DNA of 64,000 bases from Bacteroidales bacterium (lineage in GTDB: Bacteria; Bacteroidota; Bacteroidia; Bacteroidales; UBA3824), in the NCBI GenBank assembly GCA_017535325.1, contig JAFXUC010000139.1, positions 3,970-67,969 on the forward strand. Reading direction: 5' to 3'. A model generated the notes under the pieces. That model saw only the letters and a program-made list of their open reading frames with translations, was not told where the DNA came from and searched no databases. The position numbers were made by a program, and so were the translations under genes. Shown here piece after piece: positions 1 to 8,372 of the stretch (its first letter is position 1; each line of letters begins with the position of its first letter).

Positions 1-1480
1 TTGAAAAACCTTTCAACGCTTCGGGGTAGTTCTTGTTTTTAATTTGGTCGATTGCGCCTTGTGCGGATTTTTTGCTTTTGAGTTCAACGACTATTGCAGG
101 ACGTGTTGAATTTGGCAGCGGTAAGAAAATCATATCCGCAAAACCCTTTCCCGAAGGCTGTTCGCGGAAAATTTTATAAAACCTTTTTGCGGCGTAATAT
201 GCCAGTGTTATGGCACACGCCATTGAATTTTCGTCTTTGTATTTTATGATTGACGAAGCCTCAAAACGGTACTTGTCAAAAGCCTCTGAAATATAGTCAA
301 CGTCTTGGTCTATTGTCTTATTAATCAGCGTTAAAGAATCGGTCAAAGCATTTGAAACCTCGCCCCAACCTGCACGCCCGATTGAAAGTCTGAACTCACC
401 TGCGACCTCGGTATTAGGAATCCTTACCGTACAGTCTTCCGGATTATATGAAAGATAGCCGAGATGTGCCAACAAAGTAAGAACATCGTCGCTATTATCT
501 ATGTTTTTCATATCGTTACGAAAACTCGTTACCTCTACCGTAACGCTTTCACCGTTAAGCATTTTAATGATTTTTTGCTGAACGGAATCATGGTCGATAT
601 TAATGTAATGCTCTATGGTTGTGTACGATGCGGATTTTGACCAATGACTATTGTATTCTCCGTCTTCTGCCGCCAACATAACAGAGTTCGGATTGAACAT
701 GTATTTTTCATTGCCGATAATATATCCGTCGTAAGCGTGTTCCATCAATGCCATATTCATATTGAATTTTTGACAGATTACACTAACCTCGTCTTTGGTA
801 AAGCCGTAATATTTAGCGGTTTTTGCAGGACGGATTACGCTGTATTCGTCAAAATTGTTAAGTGCCGACTGCGCCTCTACTTTTATAATCGGCAAAATTC
901 CAGTCATATAAACCAACAGAAAAACATCGTCGGCAGTGTTTGATTTGAACATCGAGCGCAAGAAATTAACGTATTTTTTCTGTGTCTTTTCGTCAATTTC
1001 TCTCACTAATTTGTCCCATTCGTCAATAATGAGGATAAAACGGTCGCCGGTTTTATTGTGGATTTCTTCAAGCGCCGTCATTAAAATATTTTTTTCTTTC
1101 AGAAACGGATACGATTCTTTTATATCTTTAATGATTTCTTTTTGAGAATCATCCACAACGTTTTTGCCGTCCATTAATGAAAATCTGTTCCAATCAATAT
1201 AAATTGTCGGATATTTGTTTAAATGCTTTCTATAACTTTCTGACTTTGAAATTTCTAAGTCGTCGAACAAAGCGGCAGAATCAGATTTCCTATCATAATA
1301 GGCATAAATCATCTTTGCGGCGACGGATTTCCCGAAACGCCTCGGCCGCGAAACGCAAATATAACGGTGCGAAGTGTCAAGGTTATCGTTTAAAATCTCT
1401 ATTATACCCGACTTATCGGTGAAATCAGTGTTTTTTATGCTTTTGAAGGCTAAATTGCCTTTGTCAATGAATATGCCCAT
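1..1480 (-). CDS. AAA-ATPase-like (PF09820-type) protein with C-terminal PD-(D/E)XK nuclease domain; 3' end runs off the window
   Basis: Absent from the ORF track because there is no stop inside the window. Hand translation from ATG 1480 gives MGIFIDKGN...SRPRRFGKS (Walker A)...FILIIDEWD (Walker B). The left edge, in the same frame, reads GKGFADMIFLP...IVVELK...AIDQIKNKNY. Confidence 0.88.
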   Translation of the reverse strand, partial: MGIFIDKGNLAFKSIKNTDFTDKSGIIEILNDNLDTSHRYICVSRPRRFGKSVAAKMIYAYYDRKSDSAALFDDLEISKSESYRKHLNKYPTIYIDWNRFSLMDGKNVVDDSQKEIIKDIKESYPFLKEKNILMTALEEIHNKTGDRFILIIDEWDKLVREIDEKTQKKYVNFLRSMFKSNTADDVFLLVYMTGILPIIKVEAQSALNNFDEYSVIRPAKTAKYYGFTKDEVSVICQKFNMNMALMEHAYDGYIIGNEKYMFNPNSVMLAAEDGEYNSHWSKSASYTTIEHYINIDHDSVQQKIIKMLNGESVTVEVTSFRNDMKNIDNSDDVLTLLAHLGYLSYNPEDCTVRIPNTEVAGEFRLSIGRAGWGEVSNALTDSLTLINKTIDQDVDYISEAFDKYRFEASSIIKYKDENSMACAITLAYYAAKRFYKIFREQPSGKGFADMIFLPLPNSTRPAIVVELKSKKSAQGAIDQIKNKNYPEALKGFS

Positions 1481-1505
1481 AGTTGATGAATTTTTATCGT
1501 TCGTG

Positions 1506-1592
1506 CAAAATTATAAAAAAAAACTTTCTTTATTCAAAAATATAAACTTTTTTCCAAAAAGTTTTCCATCTGAAAATATTTTTCTAATTTTG
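1506..1592. promoter_or_regulatory. Divergent Bacteroidota housekeeping promoters (-7 element TAnnTTTG) for the AAA-nuclease gene and uvrC
   Basis: TAATTTTG on the - strand at 1506-1513 and TAATTTTG on the + strand at 1585-1592. Confidence 0.6.
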
Positions 1593-1621
1593 AAAAAAAT
1601 TTGAAGTGCAGGCCTTCAACT

Positions 1622-3436
1622 ATGTCCGAATTAGAATATAAAGTGAAAACGTTGCCGCTTAGTCCGGGTGTGTATAATTTTTTGGACGAAAACGGAACCG
1701 TTATTTATGTCGGTAAAGCAAAAAATCTGAGAAACCGCGTATCGTCGTATTTCCGCGAAAAAAATCAAGTCGGAAAAACGGCTGTATTAGTCCGTCATAT
1801 CCGCGACGTTCTGCATATCTGCGTCAGCACCGAAACTGACGCACTCTTGCTTGAAAACAAACTGATAAAAAAATTTCAGCCGCGTTACAATATCCTCTTA
1901 AAAGACGATAAAACTTATCCGTGGATTTGTATCTCTAACGAGGACTATCCGCGAGTGTTTTTCACCCGCAAAAAAAACACCGACGGCAGTCTGTATTTCG
2001 GACCTTACCCCTCAGTCGTAGCGATGAGAAACGTTTTGAACATGTTCAGACGGCTTTTTCGTTTGAGAATCTGCAAAACGCTTATGACGGAAGAACTCGT
2101 TAACAAAGGAAAATACGAGGTCTGTTTGGATTACCACATAAAGAATTGTTGCGCACCTTGTATCGGCGAAGTTTCAAAAGAGGAATACGCAAAATATATT
2201 TCCACCGTAAAGAAAATTCTTAACGGCAAAACCGCCGACGTACTCAACATGATGCGCTCGCAAATGTCCGCGTTAGCCGAAAAAATGGAGTTTGAAAAGG
2301 CTCAGGAAATCAAGGAAAAATACGACGTTTTGGCGGATTACCACGCAAAGAATGTTATTTCCGTAAACATCAACGGCACGGTGGAGGTTTTTTCGCTGTT
2401 GTACGACCAAACGGACGATTTTTATTACGTAAATTTTATGAAAGTTTCCGAAAGTTTGATTCTCAGGTCTTTTACGCGGGAGATTAAGGCGCGGGTAGAC
2501 GAGGACGAAAAAGACGTGCTTTTGACCGCGATGACGGACATTCATTTTTCGGATTTGAACCTCGGCGACAAGGCTGACGAAATTATCCTGCCGTTTGAGA
2601 CGGATTTCGGTTTCAACGATTTCAAAATCACCGTCCCGAAGTCCGGCGACAAAAAGCAACTTCTTGAATGGTCGGAGCGTAACTGCAAACTTTTTATGGC
2701 GGAGCAGCAGAAACAGCATTCGCTCGTTGACCCCGACAAAAGCGTCAACAACCTTATGAAAACCATGCAGAAGGATTTGCAACTTGATGCCGAGCCGAGA
2801 CATATAGAGTGTTTTGATAACTCCAACATTCAAGGTACGAATCCCGTTTCTTCATGCGTTGTTTTCCGCAACGGCAAACCGTACAAAAGGGATTACAGGC
2901 TTTTTAACGTTAAGACCGTTGAAGGACCTGACGATTTTGCAACGATGCGCGAAGTGGTTTTCAGGCGTTATAAAAGGCTCTCGGAAGAGGGAAAACCGTT
3001 ACCGCAACTCGTCATAGTCGACGGCGGAAAAGGACAGTTAAGATGTGCTTACGAGACGTTAAAAGCACTCGGTCTTTACCCGAAAATAGCGTTAATCGGC
3101 ATAGCAAAACGTTTGGAGGAGATTTTTTTCCCCGAAGACAACATTCCGCTGTATTTGGACAAGACTTCGCCGACTTTGAAAGTGATTCAGCATTTAAGGG
3201 ACGAGGCGCACAGGTTTTGCATAACGTTTCACAGAAACAAACGTTCAAAAGGCATGATTCATTCCGTTTTGGAGGACATTGAGGGCGTAGGCGACAAGAC
3301 GATTGCAAAACTTCTCTCGGCTTTCGGCTCGGTCAACGAGGTTTCCAAGGCAAGTCTTATGGAACTGCAAAAGGTTGTCGATTTGTCAAAGGCGGTAAAA
3401 GTGTATGAACATTTTAAAAAGAATGAAAATATTTGA
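1622..3436 (+). CDS. uvrC: Excinuclease ABC subunit C
   Basis: GIY-YIG motifs (PGVY...IYVGKAKNLRNRVSSYF), HIECFDNSNIQG, VIVDGGKGQL, LRDEAHRF and a C-terminal HhH. ATG 1622 is preferred over TTG 1601. Confidence 0.97.
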   Translation: MSELEYKVKTLPLSPGVYNFLDENGTVIYVGKAKNLRNRVSSYFREKNQVGKTAVLVRHIRDVLHICVSTETDALLLENKLIKKFQPRYNILLKDDKTYPWICISNEDYPRVFFTRKKNTDGSLYFGPYPSVVAMRNVLNMFRRLFRLRICKTLMTEELVNKGKYEVCLDYHIKNCCAPCIGEVSKEEYAKYISTVKKILNGKTADVLNMMRSQMSALAEKMEFEKAQEIKEKYDVLADYHAKNVISVNINGTVEVFSLLYDQTDDFYYVNFMKVSESLILRSFTREIKARVDEDEKDVLLTAMTDIHFSDLNLGDKADEIILPFETDFGFNDFKITVPKSGDKKQLLEWSERNCKLFMAEQQKQHSLVDPDKSVNNLMKTMQKDLQLDAEPRHIECFDNSNIQGTNPVSSCVVFRNGKPYKRDYRLFNVKTVEGPDDFATMREVVFRRYKRLSEEGKPLPQLVIVDGGKGQLRCAYETLKALGLYPKIALIGIAKRLEEIFFPEDNIPLYLDKTSPTLKVIQHLRDEAHRFCITFHRNKRSKGMIHSVLEDIEGVGDKTIAKLLSAFGSVNEVSKASLMELQKVVDLSKAVKVYEHFKKNENI

Positions 3437-3443
3437 AATAAAA

Positions 3444-4178
3444 ATGAAAATTAAAATTATAGTTTTTTTAGGCTTGATGTTTTGTATGTCGTGTTCCGGA
3501 CCTCAGCCGGATATACAGATTGACAAGTTTGCGCAGATTGTTTATCAGATGCACAGAACGGACGCAATTGTCGAAATTGCGACACTCGATGACAAAAATC
3601 TCCAAAACGATTCTTTGTCGTATTATAACGGGCTTTTTGCCGAGTCGGGAATTACGCGCCGCGAATTTATCGAAGAGATAGAGTGGTATACGCAGCACCC
3701 CGACAAGTATAAGGAACTTTACGAAAAGGTTATGAAAATCATCGCAGAAGAAGAGCGTAAAGCCGAAGAAGAGGCTCTTGCCAAGACAAACGCGGAAAAA
3801 GACTCCTCTGATATTTGGACAATGAAAAAAGACTGGCATCTGCCTTTGGACGGTGCGACAGACCCGATTGCGTATGAATATTTGGTTACAGCGGCGGGCG
3901 TTTACACCCTTTCGGCGGATGTGATTTATTATTCTGACGACAAGACAGTTAATCCGCGCATGACGGTTATTGCAAACTATGAGGACGGTACAAACGATCA
4001 AAATGCGTTTTACGGTATTCAGAGAGACGGACAGAAACATTTCATGGAGGTTAAGTTGAAAACCAATCCCGACAAAACTCTTAAAAGTATTTCCGGCTGG
4101 GTGCTTGACCATTCTGACGGCACGGAGTCAAAACATATTGACGTTTACGGTATAACGCTAAAATATTCTTTGGAATAA
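3444..4178 (+). CDS. DUF4296-domain lipoprotein with a C-terminal extension
   Basis: Lipobox-like FCMSC. The segment YYNGLFAESGITRREFIEEIEWYTQHPDKYKELYEKV resembles DUF4296. Confidence 0.7.
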   Translation: MKIKIIVFLGLMFCMSCSGPQPDIQIDKFAQIVYQMHRTDAIVEIATLDDKNLQNDSLSYYNGLFAESGITRREFIEEIEWYTQHPDKYKELYEKVMKIIAEEERKAEEEALAKTNAEKDSSDIWTMKKDWHLPLDGATDPIAYEYLVTAAGVYTLSADVIYYSDDKTVNPRMTVIANYEDGTNDQNAFYGIQRDGQKHFMEVKLKTNPDKTLKSISGWVLDHSDGTESKHIDVYGITLKYSLE

Positions 4179-4906
4179 TGATTCAGAAAACCCGCGCCAT
4201 AATTTTGCAGTATTCTAAGTACGGCGACAACAAATTGATTCTCAATACTTTCAGCGAGGATTTCGGCAGACTGTCATTCGCCTTGAAATTACCTGAGGGC
4301 AAAAACAAAGCGAATGTTTTGCCGTATTGCCAGCCGCTTTTTCAAAACGAAATCGAATACAGGGGTTCCAATTCGGCGGTAAAAAACATCAAGAGCATTT
4401 CTCCCGCCGTCAACTACGCTACGATTCCGAAAAATACCGCCAAAATGTCAGTCGCGATGTTTCTTTCGGAGGTTTTGTTGAAGACTTTGACGTATTCCGA
4501 GGCTAACAAAGAACTTTACGGATTTATTTCGACAAGTTTGCTGCTTTTGGACGACAAAGACTACAAAGGCAGAAATTTTCACCTGAAATTCCTCATGCAG
4601 TTGTCGAAGTATGTCGGATTTTTTCCTTTTAACAGGTATTCGCAGCAAACGCCGTGTTTTGACATTGCAAAATCCAAGTTTTGTCAGGACATTGCGGGCA
4701 GTCCGCATTTTATCCGCGAGCCGTATTCAAAGATTTTCAGCGACATTCTTGACAATGACATTTTGTCATGCGAGGAGATTCCGCTGAACGGTGCGGCGAG
4801 AAGTTTTCTGCTTGAAAAAATTTTGGATTATTACCGTTACAGATTCGACAGTCTCCACGACATCAGGAGTTTGGAAATCTTGCAGGCGGTTTTTCATAAT
4901 TCATAA
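4178..4906 (+). CDS. recO: DNA repair protein RecO
   Basis: KTRAIILQYSKYGDNKLILNTFSEDFGR N-terminus, KMSVAMFLSEVL, NFHLKFLMQLSKYVGFFP and a SLEILQAVF end typical of Bacteroidota RecO. Confidence 0.92.
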   Translation: MIQKTRAIILQYSKYGDNKLILNTFSEDFGRLSFALKLPEGKNKANVLPYCQPLFQNEIEYRGSNSAVKNIKSISPAVNYATIPKNTAKMSVAMFLSEVLLKTLTYSEANKELYGFISTSLLLLDDKDYKGRNFHLKFLMQLSKYVGFFPFNRYSQQTPCFDIAKSKFCQDIAGSPHFIREPYSKIFSDILDNDILSCEEIPLNGAARSFLLEKILDYYRYRFDSLHDIRSLEILQAVFHNS

Positions 4907-4929
4907 TTCACAATTCATAATTCACAATT
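4893..4929 (+). repeat. Tandem heptamer array (TTCAYAA)x5 spanning the recO stop codon
   Basis: ttcataa ttcataa ttcacaa ttcataa ttcacaa tt, read directly. Confidence 0.9.
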
Positions 4930-4943
4930 AAAAAGTTAACAAA

Positions 4944-5393
4944 ATGAACAAAATCAGTAATTTGGTAATCGGTCAGGGCATAGGTCCTGTAAAATTTTTG
5001 ATGGGTGAAGACGAAGTGGTTTCGCTTATAGGCAAGCCGGATTCGAGGGAAACGGAAGACGAAGACGGCGAAAAAGTTTTAACGCTGTTTTACGACACAA
5101 TCGAGACGGATTTTGTCTTTGAGGAAACCGAAGACGGAAATTTTGCGCTTTCGTCTCTGCTTTGCACCTCGGAAGATTTGACGCTCGACAACAAAATCCG
5201 TTACGGGGCAAGCGAAGAAGACTTTTTGAAATACACAAAATCGTTGAAAGCCGCCGACCCGGAAACAGAAACGGACGAGAATTCCGGTGAAAAATTCCTT
5301 TATTTTGAAGATTTGGGACTTTTGGCGATTTTTACAGAGGGAAAACTTTCGGGGCTCCAAATCGAGTATTGGGACGACGAAGACGATGAATAA
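4944..5393 (+). CDS. Highly acidic hypothetical protein
   Basis: 149-aa ORF in operon context. N-terminal IGQGIGPVKFLMGEDEVVSLIGKPD, D/E-rich throughout, ends YWDDEDDE. Confidence 0.75.
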   Translation: MNKISNLVIGQGIGPVKFLMGEDEVVSLIGKPDSRETEDEDGEKVLTLFYDTIETDFVFEETEDGNFALSSLLCTSEDLTLDNKIRYGASEEDFLKYTKSLKAADPETETDENSGEKFLYFEDLGLLAIFTEGKLSGLQIEYWDDEDDE

Positions 5394-5420
5394 AAACTTT
5401 AAATTAAACGTTATAAGAAA

Positions 5421-7064
5421 ATGAAAACAAAGAAAATATGTATAGCCGGAATTATTGCCGCATCGCTCTTTTTGGTCTCTTTCACCAAGGACGACGGTGA
5501 TGATTTTGAATTGGTGAAAAGTCTGGAAATTTTTCATACTTTAATGAGGGACATAAGGATTTTGTATGTTGACGAGACTTCGAGCGGCGAACTTGTCTCC
5601 ACTGCGATGGACGAAATGCTGAAACATCTTGACCCTTACACCGTTTATTATCCCGAATCTTTGGTTGAGGACGTTATGTTTATGAACACTGGCGAATATG
5701 CGGGCATCGGCATAGATTTGGAGAAACTTTCGGGCGTTTATAAAGTTGTTGAAGTAGGCGAGGGGAGTCCTGCCGACAAAGCGGGTCTTTTAATCGGCGA
5801 CGAAATTCTTAAAATCGGCGGCACGGAGATTACCCCAAAAAGCAACGACGAAATTTCACTATTAATAAAAGGTGAGCCCGGCACTCAGGTTTCGATAACT
5901 TACCGAAGAGACTCTCAGGAAAAGAGCGTCAATATTAAGCGTGCCATGATAAAAGAAAAAAACATTCCTTATTTCGGAAAAATAGATTCCAAGACCGGTT
6001 ATATAAATTTGTCGGGATTTACGGAAAATTGTTCAAAGGAGTTTAAATCGGCTTTCCTGAAACTCAAAAACGAAGACAAAATTGAGAATCTCGTCATTGA
6101 CCTGCGTTATAATCCGGGCGGACTGCTGATAGAGGCAGTCAACATCGTAAACCTGTTTGTAGACAAGGGCGAAAAAATCGTGGAGATGAAAGGCAGGGTT
6201 GAGCAGTGGAACAAAGTTTTTAAGGCAGAAAACAATCCCGTTGACACAAAAATGCCTGTCGTGGTTTTGGTGAACGGAAATTCGGCGTCGGCTTCCGAAA
6301 TTGTTTCGGGTGCGCTTCAAGATTTGGACAGAGCGGTTATTGTCGGCGAAAAAACTTTCGGCAAAGGATTAGTGCAGACAACAAAGGATTTGGTCTATAA
6401 TTCCAAACTGAAAATTACGACGGCAAAATATTATATTCCGTCGGGCAGGTGTATTCAAAAACTTGATTACTCTCACAAAGATTCAAAAGGCAACGCAACT
6501 CAGATTGCAGAATCGCAGTTTAAGACTTTTACGACCAAAAACGGACGCAAGGTCAAAGACGCGGGCGGAATCATGCCCGATATTTCCGTAGGACGCGACA
6601 CTTTGTCTGAAATTGTGGAAAACTTGGTTGCAAGCAATCTAATTTTTGATTATGCGACTAAATACAGAAGGGAACATGCTTCTATTGCCAAGCCTGAGGA
6701 TTTTGTGTTTTCTGATGAAGATTTGGAAAAATTTAAAAATTTTGCCGGTGATAAACTCTTTGATTATCAGAGTGAATCAGACAGGTTAATTAAACTTTTG
6801 GATGATGTTTTGAAAAGTAAATCAAATTCTACTGCAATAAAAGAAAACTTAACTTCTTTAAAGTCAGAAGTCAAAAAAATAAAGCAGAGAGAATTTGATA
6901 AATATTCCGCTCAGATAAAGAAGACTATTTCTGCGGAAATTATAACGAGATATTATTATCATGAAGGAGTTATCCGTTATAATCTCAAACATGACGACTT
7001 TTTGGAGCAGGCAAAAACGGTTTTAAACGATGCAAATCTCTACAAAAAAGTCTTTTTGAATTAG
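5421..7064 (+). CDS. S41 family carboxy-terminal processing protease (CtpA/Prc-like)
   Basis: Signal peptide, PDZ segment, DLRYNPGGLL, SASASEIVSGALQD, TFGKGLVQ, TTAKYYIPSGR. Confidence 0.95.
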   Translation: MKTKKICIAGIIAASLFLVSFTKDDGDDFELVKSLEIFHTLMRDIRILYVDETSSGELVSTAMDEMLKHLDPYTVYYPESLVEDVMFMNTGEYAGIGIDLEKLSGVYKVVEVGEGSPADKAGLLIGDEILKIGGTEITPKSNDEISLLIKGEPGTQVSITYRRDSQEKSVNIKRAMIKEKNIPYFGKIDSKTGYINLSGFTENCSKEFKSAFLKLKNEDKIENLVIDLRYNPGGLLIEAVNIVNLFVDKGEKIVEMKGRVEQWNKVFKAENNPVDTKMPVVVLVNGNSASASEIVSGALQDLDRAVIVGEKTFGKGLVQTTKDLVYNSKLKITTAKYYIPSGRCIQKLDYSHKDSKGNATQIAESQFKTFTTKNGRKVKDAGGIMPDISVGRDTLSEIVENLVASNLIFDYATKYRREHASIAKPEDFVFSDEDLEKFKNFAGDKLFDYQSESDRLIKLLDDVLKSKSNSTAIKENLTSLKSEVKKIKQREFDKYSAQIKKTISAEIITRYYYHEGVIRYNLKHDDFLEQAKTVLNDANLYKKVFLN

Positions 7065-7078
7065 TTAACTAAAAATAG

Positions 7079-7095
7079 TTGGCATAAATTTTGCA
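7079..7095 (+). promoter_or_regulatory. Candidate sigma54 (-24/-12) promoter
   Basis: TTGGCATAAATTTTGCA has the exact GG-N10-GC spacing of the RpoN consensus. Confidence 0.5.
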
Positions 7096-7283
7096 TTTAA
7101 TTTGCTATAAAATTTCAATTAATTTTAATCAAATGCTTGATAATTAATAAGTTGTTTATGGGGCTTGAATTTAGGGCAAAAAAAAACTTTGAAAAAAAAT
7201 TTTTTAAAGTATTGCTTTATATTAAAAAAGTTTATACATTTGAGCCGTGAAATTTTAGTTCACATTTCAGGCTCATAAACATT

Positions 7284-7670
7284 ATGAAAGCAAATTTGTT
7301 GATTATAATAACGATTGTAATTTTAACGGGTGCTTATTGTGTTAATGAATTGCTAACGTTTGATTCTCCTGTGATTAAAATACGTCAGGCAAACGTTATC
7401 AACTCATCTAACGGCAAAATGATATGCTACACGATAAACTTGTATTCGCCGTCACAAATCAGTGAGTTTGTTGCAATGCCGAACACCGCAGATGGCGACA
7501 AGGATTCGTCGGTGTTGAAAGTGGAATTTAACAGTCATACCCGCAGGGCTACGGTAGTGTATTATTATGCTGTCCCGCAATTAAAACCCGAAAAGGAGAT
7601 TGAAATAAATTTCTGTCTCAACAACCGTACGGTTATGGCCGCAAATGTAGCGGATGCTAATATTTTTTGA
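7284..7670 (+). CDS. Hypothetical protein with an N-terminal hydrophobic anchor or signal
   Basis: 128-aa ORF, hydrophobic N-terminus, TACATTTG promoter at 7235-7242. Confidence 0.65.
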   Translation: MKANLLIIITIVILTGAYCVNELLTFDSPVIKIRQANVINSSNGKMICYTINLYSPSQISEFVAMPNTADGDKDSSVLKVEFNSHTRRATVVYYYAVPQLKPEKEIEINFCLNNRTVMAANVADANIF

Positions 7671-7814
7671 AAAAAAAAGTTGTAATTTTGCAAAGTTTGG
7701 CATAATTTTTATTACATTATTTTATGTGTATAAAAATTGTAAAACGTAAAGAATTTTTATATTTTTGCAACGAGATTTATAAAAATTCATTTTAAGCAAA
7801 AAACTCTAAGAACC

Positions 7815-8207
7815 ATGATAGAACACATACAGTTAGAACCAAGTGTAGATACCCCGGGTATTGATATGGATCCCTCGACCGGTGTTTGTGAATTTACCGG
7901 CAAATCCTTTCCTTCGGACGTAACGGCTTTTTATGCGCCCGTTGTGGAATGGATTCAGGAATACGAGAAAAATCCGTGTCCTAAGACAGTGTTGAATTTG
8001 AAACTTGATTATTTCAATACTGCCTCAAGTAAGATTTTGTTGGAAATTTTCACAATGTTTGAAACCCTTTATAAAAACGGCAACGATGTTGTTTTGAACT
8101 GGTATTATCCGGACGATGATGAAGATATGCAACAAACGGGTCAGGAATATTCTGAATTGTTGATGCTGCCCTTCAACAAAATCGGATATTCGGTAGTATT
8201 TACTTAG
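7815..8207 (+). CDS. SiaC-family (DUF1987) regulatory phosphoprotein
   Basis: TPGID...GKSFPSDVTAFYAPVVEW...LDYFNTASSKILLEIF...NWYYPDDDEDMQQTGQEY. The phosphoacceptor-type NT(A/S)S motif is present. TATTTTTG promoter at 7760-7767. Confidence 0.88.
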   Translation: MIEHIQLEPSVDTPGIDMDPSTGVCEFTGKSFPSDVTAFYAPVVEWIQEYEKNPCPKTVLNLKLDYFNTASSKILLEIFTMFETLYKNGNDVVLNWYYPDDDEDMQQTGQEYSELLMLPFNKIGYSVVFT

Positions 8208-8267
8208 AATTTGATTTTATAAAGATATTTTTTTTGTTTTTCCTTGTACGTTTGATTTTTGAGTAGT

Positions 8268-8305
8268 AAGAGGTTGTCTTAACAAATAAGGCAACCTCTT
8301 TTTTT
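8268..8305 (+). terminator. Rho-independent terminator after the siaC-family gene
   Basis: AAGAGGTTGTCTT...AAGGCAACCTCTT stem followed by a T run. Confidence 0.75.
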
Positions 8306-8372
8306 GTTTTGTGAAAAACATTTGTAAACTTCCCCAAAAACATATACTTTTGTAATCGTTTTTTTATTGAAT

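Noticed and set aside
1-1480. Possible pseudogene, since the region is absent from the ORF track
   Set aside because: The start, the Walker motifs and the left-edge nuclease motif are all in one frame. The omission is explained by the stop lying outside the window. The middle portion was not translated codon by codon.
644-1604. Short + strand ORFs (644-943, 936-1145, 1177-1422, 1374-1604)
   Set aside because: They are antisense shadows of the - strand AAA-nuclease gene and have no recognisable motifs.
6620-7064. More AT-rich 3' end of the S41 protease gene
   Set aside because: The frame is intact and the protein plausible. It could be a recombination patch or assembly mosaic, but cannot be assessed without computation.
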